A stretch of DNA of 64,000 nt from assembly GCF_009914755.1 (NCBI RefSeq), contig NC_060936.1; one strand, 5' to 3'. The notes under the pieces were generated by a model. The model was not told the DNA's origin. It did not search any database and was given only the letters and a program-made list of their open reading frames with translations. This DNA is from the human T2T-CHM13v2.0 reference genome, Homo sapiens. This document shows positions 11,995 through 25,538 of the stretch, piece by piece; within the stretch, counting starts at the first letter, position 1; each line of letters begins with the position of its first letter. A program made the position numbers and the translations under genes.

Positions 11995-13529
11995 ACTGTG
12001 GACCAGTAATGATTCAGTGCTTTCTTTTCATCCTCTTTTTGGAAGTGAGTTATTTTGCCATTACTCTATGCTTACCTCACCTTTGTATATTGGGTGTGTA
12101 GGGGGCAGATAACTAAAGAAAATTTTTGGTTTGTATGTCTTCAGATTCAGTCAAACTGCATTTGTGGAACTGCACTGTGGAATTTCACCTGAGGAGCCCC
12201 ATCTGTATGAGGGGCTGATTTAGCAGAGAGGTTCTGGATTTCAAGCCAATGCCATTATGTGATGAGATTTTGAGGCTCCTGGAAAGAGGGTGAGTATATT
12301 TTGCACATGGGGAGAATGTGATTACAGTGGCCAGTGGAAGGGCAGGCTATGGTTATTAATTTGCAAAATGGTAACTACTAAGTCCTTCTCCATTGGTATG
12401 TACATGCAAATCACTACCTGAAGAAATGGGATTTAATTCCTGTCAGATCTCAGGGTCCAGGTCCAGCCCATGCTGAAGTCTGAGGGGAGTGGGGTGGGTG
12501 GATGATCAGAAAGAACACCTGGGGGCCGGTTGGGGGGTGAGGGTGAGGGTGAGGGTGGAGGCGTAGGCAGGTGAAAGATAGTTGTATTTAGCAGCAGCTC
12601 TCATTAACAGTTTTCTTACTCTAGCTCTCTTAGAAGCAACTTTTCTTACACTGTCCACCTTTATCTTGGCTGTTTGCTCTGGCTCTGCGGCTCCTGCTGC
12701 CCCTGTGCCTGCAGTTGCATGGCTGGCTCTCCCCTGCCTTCAGGGTCAGCAGCTTAACTCTTTCTCTGGGCACGAGGTAGCCAAACTGTGTCCTGGGCCC
12801 CTCCTCTTTGGCTCTCTTTGATGCTCTCTCTAGGTATCAGCACCTGCACAAGAGCCACGTTGAGCCGAGCTAAGCCCCAAGAGCCATGTCTCTTGTGCAC
12901 AGCGTCAACAGGGCAGTTATACCTTTTACAGACCATAGTGGCTCAGAGCCAAGCATGAACCTACACAAACAGGTTATGTAACAAATGGAGGTGTGCATCT
13001 GCACGCCAAATTCACTGAGTCATGTAAGCCTGGATATCTGCTTCAGCCTCTTCCTTGACCAAAGCACATCCATGTACCCTTCCATTAAATCTGGATTACT
13101 CTGAGTAACCTGCTTGGGTAATAAAATACAGCAGAAGTAACATTCAGGGACTTCTAAAGTTAGTTTATAAGAAACATTATTGCTTCCATCTGGGCCTCTG
13201 GGAACACTCCTGTTTGAGAAGCTTCCTCTTGCAACCCAGTCATAATGCTTCAAGAACCTAAGCCACACATAGTGGCCATAGTTGACAGTTCTAGCTGACC
13301 CTCCTGCCTACAGCCAGCAGCTGCCAGCTATCTTTGAAATCCAGCCTAGGTGGGTCTTCAGATGACTGCAGCCCCAGCCAGCACCTACTTGCAGTAGAGT
13401 AAGAGACCCCAAAAGAGAACTGCCCAGCTGTGCCCACTCATCCTGCAGAGGCAGGAAAGACAATAATAACCCATTTTAAGCCTTCAAGTTTTGGGATGGT
13501 TCATTATGTAGCAACAGGTACCTGAAACA
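11995..13529 (+). mobile_element. MaLR MLT1H-like: internal 3' end (~11995-12348) plus 3' LTR (~12349-13529), interrupted by LTR18
   Basis: Internal 'gggtgagtatattttgcacatgggg'; LTR 'ttcagatgactgcagccccagcc', 'gagaactgcccagctg', ends 'cctgaaaca'. Confidence 0.8.
12441..13079 (-). mobile_element. ERVL solo LTR, LTR18B-like
   Basis: Reverse complement reads 'ggtacatggatgtgctttggtcaaggaa...catgactcagtgaatttggcgtgcag...aaaaggtataactgccctg'; ~640 bp; locally GC-rich. Confidence 0.8.
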
Positions 13530-13532
13530 CCA

Positions 13533-13625
13533 CCTTATAGGTAAGAAAGCAGAGGACTAAAGACATTAAGTAACCTGCCAAAAGTCACAGAGTAAGTCAT
13601 AGAACCGAAATTTGAAGATTTTAAC
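13533..13625 (-). mobile_element. MIR fragment
   Basis: 'attaagtaacctgccaaaagtcacag...agaaccgaaatttgaa'. Confidence 0.55.
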
Positions 13626-14094
13626 TCATATTTTATTTCATTGCAGAGTATTCTCTCTTACTGACTATATTTTATTTGTTTCCATTGTCAACATTTTTGG
13701 TGGTTGCCTTGTGACCTTGATCAAGCCTGATTCTTCATATGTGAAATGAGGCTAATAAGTACACTCAGCCTAAAATTTTTGTGCATAAATGTGTGAGGTT
13801 AAATAACTTGTCATGTATTATACAACCAGCAAATGGTAAAGCCAGAATTTGAACATAACATACTAATTCTTAAATTTAAGTTAACCATTTATACAATATT
13901 GCCCCCTAATAGCTATAGAATAAATCCCCAGTGCACCGTCACTCTTTCAAGTGTATTTTCATAAACTTCAGCAACTATCAGTGTAATGAAATTCAGAGGA
14001 AACAGAAATTCCTGTAGTAGTGGTTTGGAAGTGCTTAAACCATCCCTGAAGAGAAGATCAAGATAGGGGATCTCTTTAGTCTCTCTCTGTTTCA

Positions 14095-14272
14095 ATAACG
14101 GTTATTGAAATGGAATATAGATGTGGTAAGATTAACTCCTTCAAAGTATACAATTCAATGTTTTATTTCACAGAAGTGTGAAACCATCACCACTATTTAA
14201 TTACAGAACTTTCATCCTTCTCCAAGGAAACCTTGAACCAATTATTTATCAACCCCCATTCTCCTCTCTCCC
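14095..14272 (-). mobile_element. L1MB-like 3'UTR fragment
   Basis: 'aaagtatacaattcaatg...accatcaccactatttaattacagaac'. Confidence 0.65.
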
Positions 14273-14787
14273 TTTAGTCTCTTTTTTCAAATTAAAAAAA
14301 TTACCTTTTCTCTTCTCCTTAAAAATATTAATAGATATTTAAGAGCTATTAGAATGTAAGGGTCTTGAATACATGGATTGAATGTCATTTAATTATGACT
14401 GTGTCTGCTGTAGCTAGCACATAGCAATGGCATTCAAAACACATTTGCTGCATGCAAATATGTGTCCTGTGCCTGACTGATCTTTCTTTCTATGGCCAAA
14501 AATAAAGTAATAGAATAATAATGTAAAGTAGTATAATAGTAGAATTATTTATAATTCAGAATGAAAGTATCTGTTGAAACCCTAATTGGAAAAGAGGTTT
14601 TTCCAGTTAAGCACATACAAGGGACCAGTTGCACCATTACTGTACCTCCCCTTCCATGCAATATGCATTAATAGCCACCGTAGAGATAAGACATTTCCGA
14701 TCCTTCATCAGTGAAGCTATGTTGAGGTGTTGGAGTTGGGAACTACAAAGGAGACATATTTCCCTGTACTATGGCTAGCACAGACAT

Positions 14788-15163
14788 TATCATGAACTAA
14801 ATTGTGTCACTCCTAATTCATATGTTGAATCCCTACCCCCCAATGTGACTATTTTTGGAGATAGGACCTTTAAAGAGATAATTAAGGTTAAGTGTGGTTA
14901 TAACGGTAAGGCCCTAATTCAATTTAACTGTTGTCTCTATAAGAAGAAGAAGAGACACTAGAGATGTGGGTACATAGAACAAAAGCCATGAGAGGTCATG
15001 GGCCAGCAGAAAGTCACATGCAAGCCAAGAAGAGAAGCTTCAAAGATACCACCAAATCTGCCAACAACTTGATTTTGGAATTTTTTCCCTGTGGGGAAAA
15101 TTATGTTATTTAGGCCACGAAGTCTGTCGTATTCAGTTATGGCAGCCTGAGCAAACTAATACA
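14788..15163 (+). mobile_element. MaLR solo LTR, MLT1A-like
   Basis: 'aattcatatgttgaatcccta...tttggagataggacctttaa...gttatggcagcctgagcaaactaataca'. Confidence 0.85.
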
Positions 15164-17666
15164 GGAAACCTGAGGGCATATCAGAGGAGTATAGCATTGT
15201 TGCTGTCTTCAGAGACATTCTAGACAGCCACATTTCCCAAACTATGTGAGCCATTATGGCTTCCCAATATGGCTAGAAATATTCAGGATGCAGCCTCATT
15301 CCTTAGCCTTCAGATAAAATTTGAGTAAATCCTTCCGTTTCTCACTGGAAACTTCATAGGTTTTCATCTCTGGGGCTCTGTTATTTTACGTGAGTTAAGA
15401 AGAACATATTGCAAGGGTTTTTAATTCTTTAAACTATGCTTTTAATTATGAAATAGCTATAGAGAACTTCTGATTCCAAAATGGCGGTGTAGAAGCAAAC
15501 TGGCCTCATTCCCCAACATGGAAAACAGAAAAATACACAATGCCAAGATTATCACCAGTGATATTCTACAACTCGCATGTGAGGATCAGTCAGTTCCTGG
15601 AGCTGCAAAGCAGTGAAAATATTCTGAACAAATGGTAAGAGAATCAGACTTCATAGCCACGATGTACCTCCTTCCAATCTGTCCAGCACCAAGCAAATAG
15701 AGAATTGACACCTGACTCATGATTTCTACACTGGAAAATGTGAGATTGAGGTGGAGAATCAGCTTGTTCACCATCTTGGGTTACAAGGCGGAAGACCTGT
15801 CACTGCCTCAATCCATAGGAAGCATCACAAAGGGAGACATATTCCTGAAGACAATCAGAGACAAAGGGGAGAGGTAGGACTAACATTCCAAGATCTAGAA
15901 ATTACTATGTAGCTTGGCTAAAGGAGACACCAGATCAGAGTGTTGGTTCAGCAGGAGAACAATATAAGAGGTGTGTCCTACGATCCTATGAGTACAATCC
16001 CCTAGCTGGCCTTCCCACACTGATGGACTATTCTCTTTGTGACCACCTTCATTCAGGACAGGCAGCAATGGAGGAAAACCTGGGCTTAGATGCTGTCTGG
16101 TGCCAAAAAAGAAGCAGTTCCCTAGTAGTGGGGGGGATGGGAGGAGAAATTCAACAGGTAAATTACAGAGAATCTCTAAGCAAACATAACAGTAAAAAAA
16201 CAAGCCACAGAGAGAAGACTGGAGGAAATGACTAATCCTTTCATACAAATACATAGATGTATATCCACAAGAAACAGCAGTAGGGAACCATGGCCTCCCC
16301 AAATGGACAAAACTAGGAACCAGTGACTGATTCTAATGAGACAATGATATGTTAGCTCCTGTACAAGAATTCAAAATAACAGTTTTAAGGGACAAAACTA
16401 TATCCACGATAACACAGAAAAGCAATTCAAAAATTTACCAAAGATATTTAACAAATAAATTGAAATAATAAAACAGAAATTTTGAGACTGATAAATACAT
16501 TTGCTGAACTGAAAAATTTATTGGAGTCTCTCATCAGCTAGTTGAATCAAACAGAGGAAAAAAAAAGTGAGCTTGAAAACAGACTATTTGAAAATACTGT
16601 CAAAGAGAGAAAAAAAAATAAAAAAGAACGAAGGACCACCTAAAAAATAGAGAAAATTACCTCAAAAGACAAAATCTAAAAATTATTGGCATTTAAGAGT
16701 CAGATGAGGAAGAAAAGGGGTAGAAAACTTATTCAAAGAAATAATAATTAAAAAACTTTCAAAACTTGAGTATGATATAAATACCCAGGTACAGGAAAGT
16801 CAGAGAATACCAAACAGGTCTGACCTAAATAAGACTACCACAGGGTATATAATAATCAAACGCTCAAAGGTCAAACAAAGAGAAGATTCTAAGAATGCAG
16901 CAAGAGAAAAGAACTACATAGCGTAAAAATGAGCTCCAATTCATCTGGCAACAGACATCTCAAGGGAAACCATAGAGTCCAGGAGAAAGTAGGATGATAT
17001 TTTCAAAGTGCTGAAAGAAAAAAACTACCATTCAAGAATTCTGTATCCAGCAAAGCTATTTAAAATATAAAGCAGTGATAGTCTTTTCCAGACAAAGAAA
17101 TGTTGAGTGAATTCACCACCACCAGACCTGTCTTACAAGAAATGATAAAGGTATTTTTTCAATCTGAGAGAAAACAAAAATTAATATGCAAAAAGAATGC
17201 ATTTGAAGGTATAAAACTGGTAAAATTAAGTAAAGGATAATGTGAGACTATTTCAATACTGTAATTGTGGTAGGCAAGGCACTCATGACTCTAGTATAAA
17301 GCCTAAAAGATAAATCTATAAAAATGTTAGTTACAGCAGCCTATTAAAAATAGGTAATATAAAAATATGTAAATTGATAAAAAATGTAAGGGGTATAAAA
17401 CTAAAATGTACAGTTTTATTTTTAGTTTTTTTCTTTGTTTCCATTTTTTGTGATCTAAGATGTCATCTCTTTAAAATAACTTTTTATAACCGTAAAATTA
17501 CTTTTGTAAGCTTTTTGGTTAAAACAGTGAAAAAACTAATAATCGATAGACTAAAAATGTAAAAAGAAACAAAACATACTGCCAGGAAAAATTACCTAAC
17601 CACAAAGGAAGATGGTAAGAAAGGAAGAAAGAGAATTTACAAAATGATCAGAAAACAAACAACAAA

Positions 17667-20600
17667 ATGGCAGTAGTAAGTCCTTACCTATCAGTAATAA
17701 AACTGAATGTAAACAGGCTCAAATATCCAACTAAACAACATAGAGTCACTGAATAGATAAACAGGTATCAGCTACATGCTGCCTATAAGAAACCTATCTC
17801 ACTTTAAAGACACACATAGACAAACTCAAGGGATGCAAAAAGATACCTGATGCAAGTAGAAACCAGAAAAGAGAGGGAATTGCTATACTTATATAAGATA
17901 AAATTGATTACAAGTCAAAGACTATCAAAAAAATAGATGGCTATATAGTGATAAAGGGGTCAATTCAGCAAGAAGATACAATTATAAATATCTATGCACA
18001 TAATACTAGAGTTCCCATGTATATAAAGTAAACATTAATAGATCTAAGGAAGGGATAGTCTGTACTACAGTAATCGGGAACTTCAACATTCTACTCTCAG
18101 TAATGGACAGGTCATTCAGTCAGGAAATCAGCAAAGAAACATCAGAGTTAAACAATATACTAGGCTAAATAGGCCTACCTGACATTTACAGAACATTTCA
18201 CCGAATTGCTGCAGAAAACACATTTTTTTGTATCACCACATGGAACATTCTCGAGAGTAGACCAAATATTAGGCCATAAAATGAGTCTCAATTTTTTTAA
18301 AAGTAGAAATCATATCAAGTATCTTTTGTGACCACAATGGAATAAAACCAAAAAGCAATAACAAGTTGAACCTCACAAACTATACAAACACATAAAAATT
18401 AAACAATATACTGCCAAATTACCAATATATCAATGAAGAAAATAGGAATATTAAACATTTATTGAAACAAATGAAAATTGAAATACAACATACCAAAATC
18501 TATGGGATAAAGCAAAAGTAATAGAAGGAAGTCTAAAACAATAAATGCCTACATTACAAAAGTTAAAATACTTCAAATAACTGAATGATACACCTCAAGA
18601 AACTACAAAAGCAAAAAGAAAACTGTTCAAAATTAGTAGAAATCAAATAATAAAGAATAAAGCAAAAATAAATTGAGACTATCAAAAATACAGAAGATCA
18701 ACATAACAAAAAGTTTTTTTTGTAAAGATTGACAAAGCTTTAGTTAGACTAACAAAAAAGAGAAGACTCAAAATCAGACAAAAAGACATAAAAATTGTTA
18801 TACTATTATGAACAAGGATATATCAGCAAATTGGAAAACCTAGAAGAAATGGATAAATTCCTGGACACATACAACCTATCCAGATTGAATAATGCAGAAA
18901 TAGAAAATCACAACAAGCCAATAATTAGTAATGACATTTAAGCCTTAATAAAAAGTCTCCCATCAAAGATAAGCCCAGGACCTGATAGCTTTGCTGTTGA
19001 ATTCTATCAAACATTTTACCAATATTAATCAAACTCTTCACAAAAATTGAAGAGGAGGGAATACTTTCAAACTCATTCTATGAGGCCAACATCATCCTGA
19101 TATCAAAACCAGACAAGGACACAACAATAAATGAAAACTAAAGGCCAATGTTACTGGTGAACATAGATGCAAAAATCCTCAGCAAAAATACTAGCAAAAT
19201 GAATTCAACAATACATTAAAAAGATAATTCACCATAATCAAGTGAATTAATCTCAGGCAGACAAGGATGGTTCAATACATGCAACTCATTGAATATGATA
19301 CATCACATTAACAGAACAAAGAAACAAACATCATTTCAATATATGTGGAAAAGTCATCTGATAAAATTCAACATCTCTTTATAATAAAAACCTTGAAGAA
19401 CCTGGTATAAAAGAAACAGCCAACATCCTACTGAGTGAGTAAAATTGAACGCCTTTCCTGTAAAACAAGGGTGCCATTTTCATCACTTTTATTCAATGTG
19501 ATACTGGAAGTCCTGGCTAGAGCAATTAGGCAAGAGAAAGAAAAGGTATACAAATTAGAAAGGAAGAAGTCAAATTAGGCTTATATGCAGATGAAATGAT
19601 ATTATATTTTTTAAAAATGTAAATGCTCCATCAAAAACCGGTAAAACTGATGAACAAATTCAGTAAAACTGCAGGATACAGAATTAATATATAAAAAATA
19701 GTAGCATTTTTACACTTTTTTAGATTTATAATCTGGAAAAGAAATCAAGAAAGCAATCTCATTTACAGTAGCTAAAAGGAGTATAAAATACTTTGAATCA
19801 GTTTGACCAAAGACATGAAAGATCTATACAAGAAAAACTATAAAAGAGAGATGAAAAAAATTGAAGAGGACACAGGAAAATGGAAAGTATTCCATGCTCA
19901 TGGATTGGAATAATTAATATTGTTAAAATTACAGTACCATCCAAAGCAAGTTATAGATGCAATGCAATTCCTGTCAAAATACCAATGACATTCTTTACAG
20001 AAATAGATATTTTAAAAAAAAATTTATAGGAACCACAAAAGATCCCAAATAGTCAAAGCAACCCTGAGCAAAAAGAACAAAATATCACATTACCTGACTT
20101 CAAAGCACCTTACAAAGCTATAGTAACCAAATCAGCATGGTATTGACATTAAAACAGACACATAGATCAATGGAACAAAATAGAGGACCCAGATATAACT
20201 CCACACATTTATTTTTTTCAATTCATTTTTTTACAAAGACACCAAAGACAAACAATGGAGAAAGTCTCTTCAATAAATGATGCTGAGAAACATGTCTAAT
20301 CATCTGTAGAAAAAATGAAAATAGACATTTATCTCTCACTAAATGCAAAAATCAAATCAAAATTGATTAGAGACTTAAATCTCACACCTGAAACTATATA
20401 ACTACTTGAAGAAAACTTTGGGGAAATGCTCCAAGACACTGGTCTGGGCAAAGATGTTTTTTGTGTAAGACCATAAAAGCATAGGCAACAAATGCAAAAA
20501 TAAAAAAAAAATGGAATTGCATCAAGCAAAATCCCTCTGCACGGAAGAGGAAACAATTAACAGAATGAAGAGACAACCCATAGAATGGGAGAAAAAAATG

Positions 20601-21134
20601 TGTATATATATCCATCTGGCAATGAATTTACGAGAATGTATAAGAAGCACAAACAACTAAATAGCCAAGAAACAAACTGATTTTTAAATGAGCAAAAGAT
20701 GTAAAAAGACGTTTTTATAAAAAAAAGACATACAAATGACTAATAGATATATAATAAGATGCTCAACATTACTAATTATCAGAGAAATACAAATTAAAAT
20801 CACAATGTGAGATAGCTCACTCCACTTAGAATGGCTTTTATCAAAAAGGGAATAGCACAGGCTGGCAAGGTTGTTGAGAAAGGAGAGTCCTCACTACATT
20901 GTTGGTGGGAATGTAAGTACATCCACCATGAAAAACAGTATGGAATTTCCTTACAAAACTAAAAATAGGACTACCACATGATCCAGCAATTCCACTACAG
21001 GGTATGCGACCAAAGAAAGGAAATCAATATATCAAAGAGATAGCTGAACTCCTGTGTTTATGACAGAGCTATTCACAATAGCCAGGCTAGGGAATCAACC
21101 TAGATGCCCACCAATGGATAAATGGACAAAGCAA

Positions 21135-21185
<51 letters not shown>

Positions 21186-21260
21186 TGAGAATAGAATATT
21201 ACTCGGTCACTAAAAAGAATAAAATTATGTCATTTACATCAACATGGATAGAACTAGAGG
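17667..21260 (+). pseudogene. Decayed L1 ORF2 (endonuclease/reverse transcriptase)
   Basis: Starts MAVVSPYLSVIKLNVN (L1 EN N-terminus); RT catalytic motif degraded to LYADEMILY at 19581-19607; many stops and frameshifts; end approximate. Confidence 0.85.
21141..21182. repeat. (CA)21 microsatellite inside the L1
   Basis: Perfect CA run seen directly. Confidence 0.98.
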
Positions 21261-22389
21261 TTATTTATGCTAAATGACCATAGCCAAACATAGCATGTTC
21301 TCATTTTATCTGTTGGCTAAAAGAGTGGATCTCATGAAGATAGAAAGTAGATTTTGGTTACCAGAGAACAGGAAGCATAGATGAGGGAATAAATAGAGGT
21401 TGATTAACGAGGCTATGTAAAGAAACAAGACCTAGTATTTGATAGATGAGTAGGATGACTCTAGTTAATAATATCTAGTCTACATTTTAAAAATAGGGAA
21501 CAATGTGACTATTCCTAGCATAAAGAAAAGATAAATATTTAAGGTGATGAATATCCCAATCACCTTGATTTGATCTTTGCACATATTTGAATGTATTGAG
21601 TTATCACATGCTCCCCAAAACACATCAATTATATATCAATAAAAAATGAAAGAAATAGGCATATAAGGTACATCCTAGGGTTTCAGTGCAGGTGTATATT
21701 AAATAACTGAATGCAAAACTATGTATGATTCATACAAACTGAGGAATACTATGGGGCAGTTGTATTTTTAACGATGACGTGAACGTTTTTGTGGGTGAAA
21801 TATGAACTGAAAACCTTAAAAAATATCCACCAGATATTGTGAATAAAGGATGCCATCCTTACAATAGAAACTTTGCAGAATTTTGAAATAACTTAATCAT
21901 TAAGCTTTGAAAATACTGTAGTGTTCAAGCTTATATAATAAAACCAGAGGCAGTTAAGAGCTGAAAGTACATGGTAAACAAAGCAGCAAAATAGAAGACA
22001 GAAACAAATCAGTGAGGCAAAGAGTTTACAATGAAAGTACAATGAGTAGGTAAAATTACAATTTGTATCTTTTTAGCTGTCAGCGTTTCAACATTTAGTA
22101 CACCATATTTAGCAAAATGTTCAATACACTTTCAAAAATGACAAAAGCTACTATGTACCTACAGATCTATAATTCTAGAGATGAGCACGATGGAAAATAA
22201 TAGCTTTTATGTACCATTCCTAAAGATTGTCAATTTTCAGGGGTGCAAAGCTTGTCAAGGATGTCTTTTACTAAATTATTTGCAGTAAAGTTTTGCTAAA
22301 GTTGGAAATAATTGCTATTAAATCCTAGTTCTGATAAATCATTCTGGTAGAGTGTGAGGTTTGAAAATAATGGAGAAGGACCATTGCAA

Positions 22390-22550
22390 TTCCTAACCTG
22401 TAAAGGAATATCAAAACTCCAATTCCCAGAAAAGGAAGCAGGGTCTGAGTGATTTAATGATTTAGTGAGTGTCACCTAATAATAGGAAATACAGAATTCA
22501 ATTCCAGGCATGTCTAATCGCAAAGCAAGGACATTTTCCCACTATATCTG
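22390..22550 (-). mobile_element. MIR fragment
   Basis: 'aattcaattccaggcatgtctaatcgcaaagc...ttttcccacta'. Confidence 0.5.
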
Positions 22551-22780
22551 CCATATGGCCAGAATGTTCTTATGTTTCTTAGGTATTATTAAATTGTCAA
22601 AGGACTCCTGAATCAAAACTATGCAGGAGGTATTGAAATTGCCTCTTAAACCACTAGATTACAGAGCAGTTTGAATAGCAACACCAAAAGATAGAAAATA
22701 TTCACCATAAGATTGTATTGTTCTCTCTTCAAAGATTCCTGTGTGGTACCTATCTGTTCTCTCTCTCTCCCCGGCTTTCT

Positions 22781-22948
22781 CATTCATTCATTCATATATA
22801 TATGTATATCTATTCATATATATAAACATATACATATATATTCATATATATACACATATATACATATATTCATATATGTTCATATATATATACATATATA
22901 CATATATTCATATATACATATATTCATATATATACATATATATGTATA
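22781..22948. repeat. TA-rich compound simple repeat (units such as CATATATTCATATATA)
   Basis: Seen directly; produces the YI/HI-repeat ORFs at 22713 and 22741. Confidence 0.95.
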
Positions 22949-23449
22949 AAATCTCTAATAGTCTCACATGCTGAAAGTGCTTGGCATCAAAATCGGCATT
23001 TCTAGCCTATCTAAATAGACACAACTGATTGAAAACAAATCTACATCCATCCTCTTCTTAACAATTTCCCATTGAGGAGAGGGATGGGGACCTTGAAAAA
23101 ATCTTTTTTTGGAGTGGAGACCTTAACAGTTTAAAAACATTTGTGTTTCTCAATGTTTCTTGGCATCAAGCTCCTCATATCCCCAGAGGGTTGGTTAAGG
23201 GAAAATACTGTCGTTTCTCATAAGGAATAAAGCCAGAAAGTTCAGAATTTTTAGCTCTATGTAAATATTCAATATATCAGCAAACATTTATCATACTACA
23301 ACCTAGATCAGTGTTATAGTGTGATTAGTGAAAACGTATGCCAAATAATGAGAAAGAAGAGATAATTATTGATTTCATTCTTTTTCTACTCATCGGCAAA
23401 TACTTGTCCATAATGTAGGAATTATAATCTGGATTCTGCAGCATAAGAC

Positions 23450-23930
23450 ATAGCAGATATGGTAAACTGTCCACTCACAGTTAATGACTCCCTCTTTTTT
23501 ACTAACATATTCCAAATTTGTTCTAGGTGGCCCTATGCCGAGTTCAAGTATTTGCCTTCTGAGACTCCTTTTTAGTGATGGGGTAGCCATGTGACATGGG
23601 TAGCATGAGTGGCAGACGTCTACTGAGGGGAAGGGGGCTTATGGGAAAAATCTCCATTATCTCTATTAAAAATGGTAGTCATACTGATATGTCCCTTTTA
23701 CCCTTTTGTGTGTTCATGGCAGCTATCTAAAAACCATTAGGATGACAGACCCACAATAAGGATGACAAAGTAAAACAAAACAAAAACAGACAGGAGTCTG
23801 GCCTTGTGAAGGGGATACTCCAGTCTTGATTTATTCCCTTATTCTCTTCCTAGACATTTTATTGGGTGAAAAAAATAAACCTGATTTGATTAAAGAAAGT
23901 GTTACTATATGAGGTTACATTCAATCCCTG
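23450..23930 (+). mobile_element. Old MaLR LTR, MLT1J/K-like
   Basis: 'ggtagccatgtgac', 'ggcagctatct', 'taaggatgacaaagtaaaa', 'gaaaaaaataaacc'. Confidence 0.6.
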
Positions 23931-24389
23931 AAGTGATTTACATATTGATACTCAGCAAGATCAGGTATTGGTCATTATCAGTGATTCTAGGTCAACCTGA
24001 GTGACAGTTCAGGTGATAGTTCGCAGAACTCTTGTCTATTTTATTTGATATTTTTATTGATGACCTAATTAAATGAATCAAAATTCAATAATTTTATTTA
24101 TAAATAATAAAAATGATACAGTCCCATAAAAACATAATGGATTCAAAAGGAGTAGAAATATCAACAAATAAGTCTTAATAATAAAGTTGGTAATTTATAG
24201 TAGCAAAGAAATAGCTACAGTAGAGCATTTTTGTCAATCATTAGGTAAATATGATTATTACTGTGGTTCTGGGGTTAACAGCTAACCATATTAACCAGGC
24301 TATTAAGTTAAATATGCCGTAGTATTACATGTAGGGGTTGCAACATAATTCTTCCATCCTAATTTGCATTATGTAAACACTTCTTATAC

Positions 24390-24570
24390 ACTATATGTGC
24401 ATATTTGATCATTACATTTTAAAGAAATGCTGAGAAATTAGATAGCATCTAGAGAAAATGACAGTGACATAATGATTAAAGGGCTGAAAAGTAAGTCTTA
24501 CAAAAAAGGTTAAAATAATTGGCATTTAGCCTGGAAAGGAGCAAAATGATTACTACCCTCAAATTGTATG
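24390..24570 (+). mobile_element. CR1/L3 LINE relic
   Basis: 'tttaaagaaatgctgagaaattagatagcatctagag...aaagggctgaaaa...aaggttaaaataattggcatttagcctggaaa' resembles the CR1 ORF2 3' end. Confidence 0.65.
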
Positions 24571-24775
24571 TTAAGTCCTTTTTTTCTCTTGATGTGATAC
24601 TGAGGTAGACTGAAAAAACAAAAAACAACCGAATAACCTTTCAGAGGACTATTACCTATTCAATACAAATGTGTAGTTTTTGAAAGCTGCTATGAACCAG
24701 GCCCTAGACCAGGTAAATAAATCGTAGTTCTTTCCTTTACGAATTTCACAGACTTGATACAGGGTGAGGATGGTT

Positions 24776-25538
<763 letters not shown>

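Larger units (their letters stand above)
15462..21651 (+). mobile_element. Near-full-length, inactive L1 (L1MA5-like)
   Basis: 5'UTR start 'ttccaaaatggcgg', ORF1 remnant ~16230-17180, ORF2 from 17667, L1MA5-type 3'UTR and polyA signal ~21638; possible decayed TSD gaaatagctata (15450-15461) / gaaataggcata (21652-21663). Confidence 0.93.

Noticed and set aside
12582-12821. 79-aa hydrophobic ORF resembling a signal or membrane peptide
   Set aside because: TTG start, antisense within the pyrimidine-rich strand of LTR18; a compositional artefact.
15462-21651. Potentially active L1
   Set aside because: Old subfamily; both ORFs are heavily disrupted and the RT motif is mutated to YADE.
22713-22974. 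YI/HI-repeat proteins
   Set aside because: Translation of a TA-rich simple repeat.
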